Assembly (NCBI GenBank): GCA_951406725.2 | Contig: OX597823.1 | Span: 65,968,001 to 66,032,000 of the forward strand | DNA from: Octopus vulgaris | Lineage: Eukaryota | Direction of reading: 5' to 3' | Length of the DNA stretch: 64,000 bases | Shown: positions 1 to 12,903 of the stretch, in pieces | Layout: the number at the start of each line of letters is the position of its first letter | Position numbering within the stretch: the stretch's first letter is position 1 | Notes under the pieces: generated by a model | What the model was told of the DNA's origin: nothing | Database searches by the model: none | What the model saw: the letters and a program-made list of their open reading frames with translations, nothing else | Translations under genes and position numbers: made by a program

Positions 1-134
1 AACAGTACCGGACAAACCATCCACACCCGGATATGTCTCCGCAAACAATACTCTCTGCTCGAATGGGCCTTGGTGCCCAAATCCTGAATATATATATATA
101 TATAATATTCTAAGTTATATATATATGGATGAAT

Positions 135-172
<38 letters not shown>

Positions 173-1589
173 GTCAAAATGTATTTATTACAGTATCATT
201 GTTTCTGCTGCTTGCGTGTACTAGTGTCATTTGATAAATATTTATGAGCATTTAGTCGATTCACTTACAATACATATTCATCCAAAGAAGACATTCCTAT
301 ACAGATTTGGCCAAGATTTTCCACATGCAGGTGGGTAAAACAAATGAGATTCAAGTAATAGATAATCCATAAAGTATATTCTACGTGGGGGATCATAAAA
401 CCTCTAAGTTTAGTTGTATATATAATTACTAATTATCGTTAAGTAGAAACATCCAAATGGTATCAGTTTTACAAGGAATTTTCCTCAAATAAACGAAATA
501 ATAAATCCTAATGTAAAACTTTTTCTTATTAAATAATTGAAATCTAGAATAAATTTAACTGTTCAAAAAGTATGCAATACTCGTTATCTTACATATGCAT
601 TACAGTTTCCATGGTGTAGCTTACGTTTAATTACATATTGAACACAATTAAAAAGGTATGTAAAAGAAAACTAGCGTCCTAAACAAACAGTAATGTGGAG
701 ATAAAGGCTCAGTTTCGTCTCAATCTCCGATGTAATTACAAATCTTTTGGCACATTGTAAAATATAGATATATGAATGTTGCAATTAAAACGATTATCTT
801 TTGTAGATTTGTTTGTTTTCATTAGGTGAAATATTTTTCAGTGAGTTCCAGGATATCGTATCGAAATAGCTAATAGTATATAATTGATTATGTGCATGTG
901 TTGAAATGTGAATATCTATGTGTTATTACATTTTCATCTATATGTGTATGTACGATAGACCAGTTGGGTCTGTTCTTTTGAAAGACTCTCTCCTTCAGTG
1001 ACTTATTTTCTCATTGCTTGAAACATCTGCAATAAATGTCTTTATATTTAACAAGCATTCTCTCAACTTGATTTCTTCGTATCTTGTTGCGCTTTAACTC
1101 TCATACTACTTGAAGGCGATATCAGATTTCAACCAGTACATATTTCTCATATCACACTTTGTTCACGTGCCTGCCCAAATAACAATATCTGAGTAAATAT
1201 ATAAAACATTACAATAGATCTCCTGTCAACTCACAAACATTTTTTATGGAAAATAATAACAAAACAAGACAAATGTATATCTTTATTTGGCATTGGAATG
1301 GATGTAATGCAATTGTACGGAATTACCACACGCTTCAGAGAAAAGCTAAATAATTCTGTGCAAAAGTATTATATAATGCAAAGCAGTTTCGGACACCCCA
1401 AACGTGATATTTATCTTTCACAATATTCCTACGCCTCTCGATTTCAGTTTTTTTTTGCATTAGAGAACGTTAGGATAACACTTACAAACTGGAAAAGTAC
1501 TCAAGGCTCAAAACACATATACTGAGATGTGCATTACTTTCTGATATTTGAGTTATATTTAGAATTAAAAATGTACTGTCACCGCTTTT

Positions 1590-2800
1590 CTTTCAAACAT
1601 TCAGTTTTGGAGATGATGTTTTGATGATAGGTAGTCTTTCGATATTGCAGATCGTCCCGTGAACATTTGTAAAAGTGACAAAAAAGTGAATTTTCCGTCG
1701 CTGAATATTTCCGAATGCTTAATTAATGAAATCTTGCGTAATTCCTCTTGTCGGATATGTTAACCCTGGATACTTGCACGCTGGCAGAAGGAATTATTTG
1801 TTTCGCCAATGTAATTTTTGGGACAGGTAATGCAGTATATGGGGTTTTGCAGTTCATATCTGCATTTATTTTGAAAAAGGAACCGCTCTTAAATTTTATG
1901 TGGGAACCACTTTCTAAATATTTGCATTTGCTATTGTTGTTGCATGTTCCACATCTCATGTCTCCAATTTCTTTTACTAAGAATTCTGATTCATTCTCTG
2001 ATTTGAATTCTGCCCTTGTGAGGTGTTTCTTAAGAATTTTGGTTGGCGTCTACTATTCCGTAATGTGTTTTTTCAATCAGATTTTTCATTTTGGGTTTTT
2101 TTAGGAGTATATGTAAGTTTGGTTTTATGGCATGAAAGATTTTGGTTATTCCAGGACTATAAGTGTTAACGAACGGAATCGTGTTTTCAGTAACTTTTTC
2201 TTCAGGGGTCCGCAGTTGGGTGATATTCAGTTTCATCGCCTTTTTAATTCCCTCATTAATTAATCCTAAGGAGTATTTCTGCATCGTGAGAAAGACTTTG
2301 AGTTCGTTGAGTCGGATTCAGCGTATTTTGGTGTCAGTCTTTATAGCATAGATGTGTCTTGCCATGCTGTATGGAATGTTTCTTTTGATGTGTGATGGAT
2401 GGCAAGAGTAGAAATTTAAATATTGGTGTGTGTCAGATTTTTGTAAAGTATGTCTGTTGTGACTATGGAGTTTTGTATTTTTATGTGCATATCCAGGAAT
2501 GGTAATTCACAGCAACTGGATTCTGTCGCGAGAGATGGGTGAAGTGTGTTCAGTATATTGTTAAATATACTTAGATATTCATTCGATCTGTCCCAGAAGA
2601 TGAAGCAATCATCAAGGTGGTGTTTCCACTTTTTAATGATATAATTCTTGTACTCTTGATCAACATTTTGTTCTACTTCTTCATAAAGTTTTTCTTCCAA
2701 GTATCCCATAACTAAGTTTGCATATAAGTGATCAGACCGCGTAACATAACCGTGCTCTTTATCTGTCGAAATGTTGTATTGTCGAATCTAAAGTACTATG
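1590..2800 (-). mobile_element. Decayed, 5'-truncated Penelope-like retroelement (RT C-terminal half, thumb, GIY-YIG endonuclease)
   Basis: Minus-strand fragments in order: YFRFDNTTFRQIK..., YANLVMGYLEE, WKHHLDDCFIFW (RT motif C), ELPFLDM.IKI...TTDILYK, QKYSLGLINEGIKKA...IPFVNTYSPG, CGTC...C Zn-linker, ending ...PKLNV*. Multiple frameshifts. Confidence 0.85.
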
Positions 2801-2913
2801 CGTGTGGCCTAGGTGATGAAGTCTTGAATGCTTCAAGACTGACTTCATCACCAAGTCCTCTATGCTTCTCTAAGCACTGTTGGCGACAAACACAGAGACA
2901 AAGATACACACAG

Positions 2914-2950
<37 letters not shown>

Positions 2951-3117
2951 CACGATTGTCTTCTTTCAGTTTCCATCTGCCAAACCCACTCACAAGGCTT
3001 TGGTTGGCCCGAGGCTATAGTAGAAGACACTTGCCCTAGGTGTCATGCAGTGGAACTGAACCCAGAACCCGGCTTTTTACCAGAACCAGACATTTTTACC
3101 AGACAGCCACCTTTGCG

Positions 3118-3118
<1 letters not shown>
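2951..3118 (-). mobile_element. SINE 5' fragment (family also at 47920-48296)
   Basis: Reverse complement matches 47950-48056 (ggttcagt.cc...ggcac...agcctcgggccaacca...gtaga.ggaaact.aaagaag). Confidence 0.65.
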
Positions 3119-3167
<49 letters not shown>

Positions 3168-6100
3168 CATGTGTGTGTGCGTGCGCGCGCGCGTGTGTAT
3201 GTGTATATATATATATGCATGTACATGGATATTTTTGCGATTATCGTATGTATTTCTTTTAATTTCAGTTAAGAAAACAAGATTGTACCTAAATAATATA
3301 TCGTTCGCTATTAAAAGTCTGATGGAGCTTGGAAGGTTTCCGTCGTTTTAATGTTTTTTGATGAGAAAGATTTATGTTATGCTATCATCATTTCAGAGCG
3401 GCAAAAATCTGTGTTCTAGCGTTTCTGTTTAACTGAGCTGAAGATTTCTTTTCCAGTATTTACCAAATGTAAATTTCATTTGAAGCAGTAGAAATATTTT
3501 TGACGGAGTAGCTTATATTACTTTCTCTCTTAGAAGAGTGCGTCACGATATCAAGTATTTATATATCGCAATTCATTAGAACGATATCGTAATATGAAAT
3601 GTTTCGTATGTATTTTTAGTAAATCGGTGAAACTACTGCGCTGTACGTGCTTATATTTACATATATAATTTTAGCTATATATATTTCTATAGTATCTCAA
3701 AACATGTAGAGATATTGGTAACTTGCTATGTATATCATAATACTTTATGAATATAGAAACATGTCTCCACATTTTCGATCATATGTTTGTTACTTAAATG
3801 ATAGGTTTTTGAATATTTATCGAAACTCATACTATATCCTCTCACTTCTATATTACAACACGCATGTATTGTTTGACGCAGCATGGACGAAATTTCGAGA
3901 CATTTTCTTCCCAATCACGAGTTCCTTCGTTCGATTGCATCGTGTGGCCTCTTGAGCAGTGCCTTTTACTATTGAATCGGACCCATCGGAATGTTGTGAA
4001 CCATCTTCTTAGAAGATGGATTTACATCTACCTTATAGGACAAGTTTTGTCAAATGCTATGACATCCTGCTTTACTAATTCGTACGTTGATGGTTCAATT
4101 TTCGATGAAATATTCAAATTTTCAGATTTGTTTCGGATTGATTTTAAGTGGGTCTCGTGTTGTTCATGGAACAAGTGAAATCTCATCGTCAAAATGAATG
4201 GAATATATATTCATTCTAAGGTCAGACATCGATTCCAATGTTTTGCAGTATATAGGTGACACTTTCATACTACATAACAAGACATTCTTTAGAAAATGTA
4301 CTACAACTCGGATATCGTATGCGTGTGTAATAGTCTTTTTCCCTTCTGAAACTAAAGAATATGTCAGAGTGGAGTACATTCTTCAAAGAAATTGACCCAA
4401 CACATCCACCATAAATTGTAGATTTGGATCAATGATACATATCTGAACTACGTTCATAGTGAACCGATACAAAGGTGTATTTGAGCTCTTTTTTTAGCAA
4501 TTTTACATCGTTAATGTATCTAAGACAATGAGAAAAGTCAAGGCTAAATATGTTCCCTGCCTGCTAAAATTTTGTTGCGTCATATTGTAATTCACCACAT
4601 CTATTTTCATGATAATATACGGAATAACAGAGAAATAGTGTTATTGTTTCTAAGCTCCAGTCCTAGATGAGATTGTATTTTAATTTATTCCCCTTGCGAC
4701 AAACATATATTTGACTGTGATGATGAGAGTCAATTTAACTGAATATATTCTAGTCATGTAAATATAATCTTCCTTCCAGTAACAATGCAATAAATCTTTG
4801 TTAACTTTATTACGACACCAAAACCCAGTATCATTGATTTGACCAAATATATGTATACAAACAGATGAATAAGCATTTCGAACACTGGTACAAAAATTGT
4901 CCTCAAGGGAGAAACATTTAGATGATTGAATTTAATTTTTCCATAAAATACACACCTCGGCACAAGAATTATATATATAAACAGTGTTGCCGTTTCTATA
5001 TTCTTATAAATAGTTCCACAACTCCTAGGTATTTGAGTAGGAGGTGCCTTCCAGTTGATGTTGGACATGTTGACGTCGTCTAGAGACATGATATGAAGAA
5101 TAAATAATACGACGTGTAAATATATCCCAATAGATGTCTTACTACTTCTATTTAACGTTAACATGAAATTATATTTGATAATTCATAGCTTGAGAGATGA
5201 CAAATTACTCTGAAAACTCACACAGGACCTTCGTCTATAGAAAAATCAATAGTGCTGTTAGTGTTCAAGCGTTGAGAAAAATTTAATATTAATGAATGAA
5301 ATTATATTTCAATTATTCCTAAAAGTACTATTAACAACCACGAATATGATTCGGTCTAAGTACATTTTCTAAACGAAGAAAAATATTGAGTGCATTTCCC
5401 TAAGCAGAGATAAGAGGTTACAAATTAAATGTACAATATTATACCGGAAAGGACATTTAAATTAGCATAATAAGGAGAATGAACTAGAAAACAAAATAAC
5501 TCAAAGAGGACATGTACCTATAATACACATTAATATGAGCAGTTTTTTTCCAAATCTATAAAACCTTAATATATGTAAATTTATGAGTAACATAATCCTC
5601 CATTTACGCAAAGTCTACGTTGCAAATGTACAAATACTTAAATTAGTTTACAAATCTCGATCAATATTACCTCTCATAGTTTGTCTAATGTATTTAGAAA
5701 AACCGAATTTCGAGATTCTTATACATAATCCAGTAATATAAAATTTCATTACGTTAATATTTAAATACCTAACGACAGGAGCTGATAAACAAATATGTTA
5801 TTCAACTCTTTTCTTGATAATTATGTTTCATATTTATTAATGAGCTTTCCGTAACTAACGTTACCAAGATGAACTTCAATAAAATCTAACGAAAACATTT
5901 TCAATTCTCTGAGAACTTAAGAACTTTTTTGAAATACGTAACCATCACAATGTATCTGCTGCCCTCTCTTAAAGAATATAAGGGATTGTCGCAAATATGT
6001 GGAAGCAAAGAATAATTTTAATATAAAATCTCAAAAGTCCCTATATATTTATATAAATAGCATAGTACAAAGTATACTGAAGTAGCTGTTTCATAGTTCG

Positions 6101-6904
6101 TGTTCACCAATAAACATTTAAACAAGGCACTTTATATATTTCCGGTGTGAGGACAGAAATGAAAAAGGATCTTATCTGATAGCTTTCTAATTTTGTCCAA
6201 GTTACTATGCATAAATACAGGAGTCAGTGTACGCACGTGAAAGGGTGTATATTTATTTGCATGTAATAGTAGAAATGGAATATTTACGATGAGGAATAAA
6301 ATACTCAGTGATCCACTGCAATAAATCATTCTCATAAGATTTTTCACGTTCTGTTTAGTATTCACAACCCGAAATAAATCACAAAATTTTGCTTCAGCAA
6401 GAAATAAAGAACAACGATGCATTTAGAAAAAAAACATTTGGTCGTGAATTTGGTTTAAATAGGTACATATATTTAAACTCATCATTATAATCCCGAACGT
6501 TCTTACACCTGATCCCTTTTGAATTTTCTTAGTCTTTTCAGAAATTGTGGTTGTATTTCCTCTTAAACAGTCTTCGTTACGTTTTCTGTTTTTGATAAAT
6601 AGGATCATTTGAGACAACCTATCTTTCCACAAATTGCCTGAATATATTTTGTCTGACCAAAAACATTTTGAAGTGAATTTCGAGCATATACATATAACAA
6701 AAAATAAAAGCATGTATATTCACTTGCTGTAGATTGCCCATATTCAGACCACTTCAGGACGACGGTCTCAGCCTGTTACCTCCACCTAAACACAGTCGCA
6801 TGCGAAAGTCGTGAATTTAACTTAACTTCATACTACTTTGACGATTTTTCTCTGCCACACTGGCGCGACATGAATTGGTAGACGGACACAATTTTTATAC
6901 TGAT

Positions 6905-7049
6905 ACCTAGGGATAGTTAAATCGATCGCAGCGATCTCAGTGTCCAACTGATACTTATACTATCGGCACCGAACTAAGAAAGAAACGACGAACAAAATAA
7001 CGCTAAGACTTTCGTCCGGTGTGCTAACGATTCTACTAGCACACCGCCT
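6905..7049 (-). mobile_element. Degenerate SINE (family of 17219-17451)
   Basis: Ends ...ccggtgtgctaacgattctactagcacaccgcct, similar to 17417-17450 and 24747-24780. Confidence 0.55.
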
Positions 7050-7221
7050 ATATATACCCATGTACATATGCATGTATATACACACACACACACACAAACA
7101 CACACATATATATATATATAATATAGGATAAAGTTTTTCGAAAAAAATTTATCAATGGCCAGCATATTGCAAAATACCTTTAAAGGTTAAATTTATAAAC
7201 AATTTATTAACAATTATAAGT

Positions 7222-7264
<43 letters not shown>

Positions 7265-8902
7265 ACACACACCTATGTAATACCAACAATATTACTACTA
7301 CTAGCAGCAGCAGCAGCAGCAGTAGTAGTAATTGTAGCAGCAGCAGCAGTACCACTAGTAGTAGTAGTAGTGGTAGTAGTAGTAGTAGTAGCAGCAGCAG
7401 CAGTATTTGGAACTAGATATCTGAAGACGTTGACTTCACATTGGTAACGCTGAATTGGGTTAACTTCCAGACTTTAGTTTGTGTGTACCTATTCACGTGA
7501 GGCATCTGTACGCTGGTAGGTAATACATCCCTGTGTATGCATATTATTGCGTAAGAGTACAACTAAACATGTATGTGAGAGTATTTGCACACACACATTA
7601 TATATACCGACATTTTGAATTTATTTCATTATTTCCTAGTTTTGCCTTTGTAGCATTGAGCACCAAACGCCATATATATTTTTGTATCTCAATGTGATAT
7701 AACCGGACAAACATCCACTTGGTTATATGTCTTACAGAATCTACTTAGTAATGTGTATGTATGTATGCTTGCTTGCATTCGTGTGCGTGCGTGTATCTGT
7801 GTCTGTGTGTGTATATGTGTCTGTGTGTGTTTTTGTGGGTCTGTTTACGTCGGGTTGATTAACTGGGATACATTCGTCTCATTTTATGTGGATCTTAAAG
7901 CTTATAGCTAAGTAACTAATTCCATTTCGTGAATTTTACAGCGTATCACAAATAGATAATAAATAAATAAATAAACAAAAGCGATTTTTAATTCGGTCGG
8001 TACCTGATTTATATGCAACTACGTAACCAACTACAATATATTAAGCAGAAAATAGGGTAGGCTGCTTCTGAGCCAGCTTGGATAAATTGCACTGAACGAA
8101 ATTTCTGTACAGTAGATAATTGTCAACCTGAGCGGTAGAACTAATAGTATTTTCTTTTAGCATTTTGTACAGAAATTACCTTACAGTTTTATTCCTCAAT
8201 AAATAGTCATGCCTTAAATCCGAATTATAATCACCTACAACTTAATTGTCTGAGTGCTGTGAGTTGTTCTTCGATTAAACCTGTTCAATATATTAACTAG
8301 TAAGTACATGAATATATTTTTACCCATTAAAGCCTCTAAGAATTTTGTTCATTCTCTAGCATTTTATAGGAAATTCACAACCACATAAGACGAATGCTAG
8401 ATCACTTGATAAGTAAAAGAAAGCCACTCCTTCCAGTAGAGTTGCTAGAGGCAAACAAATGTTATTTACTAGTGAATATCCCAGAAGAATGTTCGGTTTT
8501 GTCGCGCAGCAATGAAAAAAGCGCGCGATAGAATTCCAAACATTAGAGAAGGCAGTAACAATATTTACTAGGATGTGACGCATAGATACGTACTTCCCAT
8601 TTCAATTCATCCCACTATTATATAGCATGCTCTTATTGATTACCTTTTACAATTGCATGTTCGCTAGATTTGTAATTTACACTTCGATTAATATTGAATG
8701 AAATATAAGGCAACTGAGTTTATGCAAATTTTATTAATACATAACTAATAATGAATCTAATATCCTGTTGCATACAGTGCTCCAAATTCTCAACCGCGAC
8801 GGGAAACATTACGCTCATTTAAAACAAAATATCATGAAATGTACCTACCCAACCTGGTGAATTTCTGAGATTTCTTAGACCATATACATATATATATACA
8901 TG

Positions 8903-8947
<45 letters not shown>

Positions 8948-8957
8948 GTATATATAC

Positions 8958-9016
<59 letters not shown>

Positions 9017-9017
<1 letters not shown>

Positions 9018-9300
9018 CACGTGACCAACCAGGCTATCAAATGTTGCTACACATCGCTTGTCACAATGCGCTTCGCATTGTTTTAGCCTTCAAATGACGC
9101 TACCCCGCTGGCTAAGCGAGCAGGCCCACAAGAAAGACTGAGAGAAAGTTGCGGCGAAGGAGTACAGCAGGGGTCGCCACACACACCTGCCGGAGCCTCG
9201 TGGAGCTTTAGGTGTTTTTCGCTCAATAAACACAGAATCCTCTGTGTGTTTCGATACCGCGATCCTCCGACCGTCAGTCCGCTACCCTAACCACTGATCC
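9017..9300 (-). mobile_element. tRNA-derived SINE; head and core shared with 12453-12838, 3' tail different
   Basis: Reverse complement gives cagtggttagggtagcggactgacggtcggaggatcgcggtatcga...tgtttattgagcgaaaaacacctaaagctccacgaggctccggcagg, matching 12468-12581. Confidence 0.8.
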
Positions 9301-9321
9301 ACACACACACACACACTCATA

Positions 9322-9390
<69 letters not shown>

Positions 9391-9784
9391 TTATTTACAT
9401 ATGCACGTGTATCCATGTATTCATTCATATATGTATGATATATGCTTATCTATAAGCACCATTACTTAATAACGTAATTCCAGCGTCACTAAGATTTGCA
9501 CACCGCAGTATAATTATTATTTGTTGTTTATATATAACAGCAGTTCTTAGCAGACTATGAACGACAATTTTAGTATCTGTTACTATTGATAAGTACCTAC
9601 GCAGAAATACATGTCTTATAACCAGTAATGTCATTTATAGTTCAGGTGTATGTAATTTTACACACATTATTCATAATTATTTGTTAGTAAAATTTCTCTT
9701 CCCCGACAGTTACCAGAGCAAGAGATTTTCATGTTTGAGCGCACATAAACACATAAATTTATATGTACCCAAATATATACGTGT

Positions 9785-9850
<66 letters not shown>

Positions 9851-9942
9851 GTGTGTTTTTTTGTATGTATGCTTCAATATACGTATATATATATGCGTGT
9901 GTGTATTTGTATTTTGTAATGCAGATGTGTCTGTTTGAGTGA

Positions 9943-9990
<48 letters not shown>

Positions 9991-9993
<3 letters not shown>

Positions 9994-10219
9994 TGAAAGA
10001 ATGGAGTTGAACGACGATTTAACAAAATTCCTTTATTCTCGACGTATGTTTCGAAGACTGCATATTCCTAATTTCGAAGGAATAAGGGGTGCATTATGCC
10101 GCCTTCTCATCAGGAAAGACGAGGAACTTATATCAGCATCATGATGAACAAAAACTTTTAGATGACTGCCCACACGGGGTCCATAGCGATAATTATCGCT
10201 CAACTCCATTCTTTCACTT
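9991..10219. mobile_element. Short inverted-repeat cassette (Penelope pLTR-like) containing a hammerhead motif
   Basis: gagtgaaagaatggagttgaacga (9991-10014) is inverted relative to tcgctcaactccattctttcactt (10196-10219). Abuts (TA)n. Confidence 0.6.
10036..10118 (-). ncRNA. Minimal type I hammerhead ribozyme with intact catalytic core
   Basis: Minus strand reads UUUC-CUGAUGA-GAAGGC...(UGCA..UAUUCCU/AGGAAUA UGCA)...GUCUUC-GAAA-CAUACG-UC-GAGA. Stem I is 4 bp, stem II is 6 bp plus an extension, stem III is short and near-palindromic, and the cleavage triplet is GUC. Confidence 0.75.
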
Positions 10220-10477
10220 ATTTGTATTAAAAAAAAAACACACAAATTTCCACACGAAAGCACGTGATCTCTGCCCTTGGCCTGTAGCTTCAACCGTGTT
10301 TTTCTGACGTGATTTTGCTACTCGGGTATCGGTTAACCGAATTATCCATACTAGGATAATTAATTCAACTACTTAAATATATATATATATATATCTGTCT
10401 GTATTTATGTATGTATTTCGTTTTGTTTTTGGTTAGCAAGATACTTTATGTCAGTTCGTTTATTGAAGTATATTTTA

Positions 10478-11412
10478 TTGTGTCTAGGGAGATTCATTCT
10501 GTTTTAATGCCTTATTAATTAACGCATTCATGGGTTCGATTTCCACTCACTTTTTTTTCTCTAAAACCTTCGTTCTTCTTGGAGCCTTTTCAATAGACGC
10601 TGACTCTGTCCGTTATCGGAGCTGCGATGTTTTTGTTTCTTTGTTTGTTTGTGCGCATTTGTGTGCGTCAATGTATATGTGTATGCAACTAGGAATGTAT
10701 GTGTGTATGTATATATGCGCATGTGTGTATGTTTATATATATGTATGCGTATGTGTACGTTGGTATGTATGTATTCTGTATATTCCTGTGTTCAGGTGTG
10801 TGTGTTTTTATGTGTGTGTATGTATGTTTGTGTTACCTCTGTTCCCTTGCATGTGCACGTTTGTGTGTGTGTTTACACGTATGGGTTTGCGGGACAATGT
10901 ACTTGCGTCATTTATGTATCGATGTGTGTTTTCATATATGTTCATGTGTGTGTGTGTGAATTGTGCATTGTGTATATGGGCATGTGTTTCAGTCTTCTTT
11001 TGTGTAGGTATGTGTGTATGGGCGTGCTTGTCTGTCCGCATTACCTATAAAATACGTCTACATAATAGCCTACAAACAAATCTATCTGTGTATGTATAGA
11101 AAGTGGGTATTGACATATCACTACCTTCTACTATATCTTCTATTTATTACTAGGGATGTTTCATTTATGAGGACGCACTCTTGTATTTGTCTGGGTGTTG
11201 GTTTCTTCGGGTATGCATATATGCATACATATTTGTATACACATGCACAAACAAGCAAATAAAAAACATGCTGCTTCGATAACGACTATTGAACAGGCTG
11301 GTAGAAACAAAGAAAATCTTAGAAAAAATAAGTCAGTAAATAAGAGGAAATCAAACCGGTGAGTGTATTAATTGATTAGGCATTAAAACAGATTTACTCT
11401 CCCCAGACACAT
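10478..11412. repeat. Diverged ~150-bp inverted repeats (10478-10630 / 11265-11412) flanking degenerate (TG/TA)n
   Basis: tgtgtctagggaga.tcattctgttttaatgcctta..aattaa matches the reverse complement of ttaattgattaggcattaaaacagatttactctccccagacaca. Confidence 0.65.
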
Positions 11413-11436
11413 TGATATATATATATATATATATGG

Positions 11437-11471
<35 letters not shown>

Positions 11472-11615
11472 TGTATACACGTATGTATATATATTTATAT
11501 ATATATTCATATATATATATATGTATCTGCATATATATATTCATATGTATACATATAAATATATGTTTATATGTATGTATATATGTATATATATAAATAT
11601 ATATACATGTATATA

Positions 11616-11682
<67 letters not shown>

Positions 11683-11719
11683 TGTCGAGATATTCATGAA
11701 AAAACACACAAACTTTGTC

Positions 11720-11873
11720 GAGATGTAGTTCATGACTTTGGGCTTGGTATACAGACAGACACACAAATATATATATACTTATATATATATATATACATAT
11801 ATATGTATATATATATGAGCATATGGCGTGTGTGTCTGTATAAAGCCCAAAGTCATGAACTACATCTAGTTTG

Positions 11874-11933
<60 letters not shown>

Positions 11934-11976
11934 GTGTCTGTGTGTGTACCAAGCCCAAAGTCATGAACTACATCTC
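11720..11976. repeat. Inverted plus direct copies of aagcccaaagtcatgaactacatct separated by (TA)n
   Basis: Minus copy at about 11720-11770; plus copies at about 11842-11867 and 11926-11976. Confidence 0.75.
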
Positions 11977-12401
11977 CACAAAATTTCGACCACGTTACGC
12001 GGAATGATACGCTTGACCAGCCATCAAAGAACTCCACAACTTTTAGAGCGCCTTTCATTCAAACGCCATTTTGATCTTCCCGTTTATTCTGCGTATTTGA
12101 TTTTTTGCATTCTTTACCTACCACTCCCCGAATATATACCACCCATCACATCTCATAAATGAATTGTGAACTATTGATTTGTTCACCCTTCTATTGTATA
12201 CGGATCAAGCAGTTCCTCCTGCTCTTTACACTTTCGTTCACATTTTTTGTTCGTGCAGGGCATTTAAGAGAAACTTCTTTATATACTCATATGTGAAAAA
12301 ATCATACCGCTTGGAGAAAAGATTTACATTAAAAACAATTTTCTTAGATTTTTTTGTTCCTTCTTAAATTCTGCTTGGCAATGTTCTCACATGATCCTTA
12401 A

Positions 12402-12450
<49 letters not shown>

Positions 12451-12452
12451 GT

Positions 12453-12838
12453 GGAGGCGCAATGGCCCAGTGGTTAGGGCAGCGGACTCGCGGTCGTAGG
12501 ATCGCGGTTTCGATTCCCAGACCAGGCGTTGTGAGTGTTTATTGAGCGAAAACACCTAAAGCTCCACGAGGCTCCGGCAGGGATGGTGGTGATCCCATCT
12601 GTACTCTTTCACCACAACTTTCTCTCACTCTTACTTTCTGTTTCTGTTGTACCTGTATTTCAAAGGGCCGGCCTTGTCACTCTCTGTGTAACGCTGAATG
12701 TCCCCGAGAACTACGTTAAGGGTACACGTGTCTGTGGAGTGCTCAGCCACTTACACGTTAATTTCCTGAGCAGGCTGTTCTGTTGATCGGATCAACCGGA
12801 ACCCTCGTCGTCGTAACCGACGGAGTTCTTCCTCCTCC
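12453..12838 (+). mobile_element. Full-length tRNA-derived SINE inserted in (TTA)n
   Basis: Pol III A box tggcccagtggt (12463) and B box ggtttcgattccc (12506). The GC-rich body is flanked on both sides by (TTA)n (12403-12450, 12839-12912). Resembles described octopus tRNA-derived SINEs (from recall). Confidence 0.85.

Positions 12839-12903
<65 letters not shown>

Noticed and set aside
12453-12525. tRNA gene (also 58651-58720)
   Set aside because: A and B boxes are present, but the cloverleaf is imperfect and the sequence continues into a repeated SINE body.
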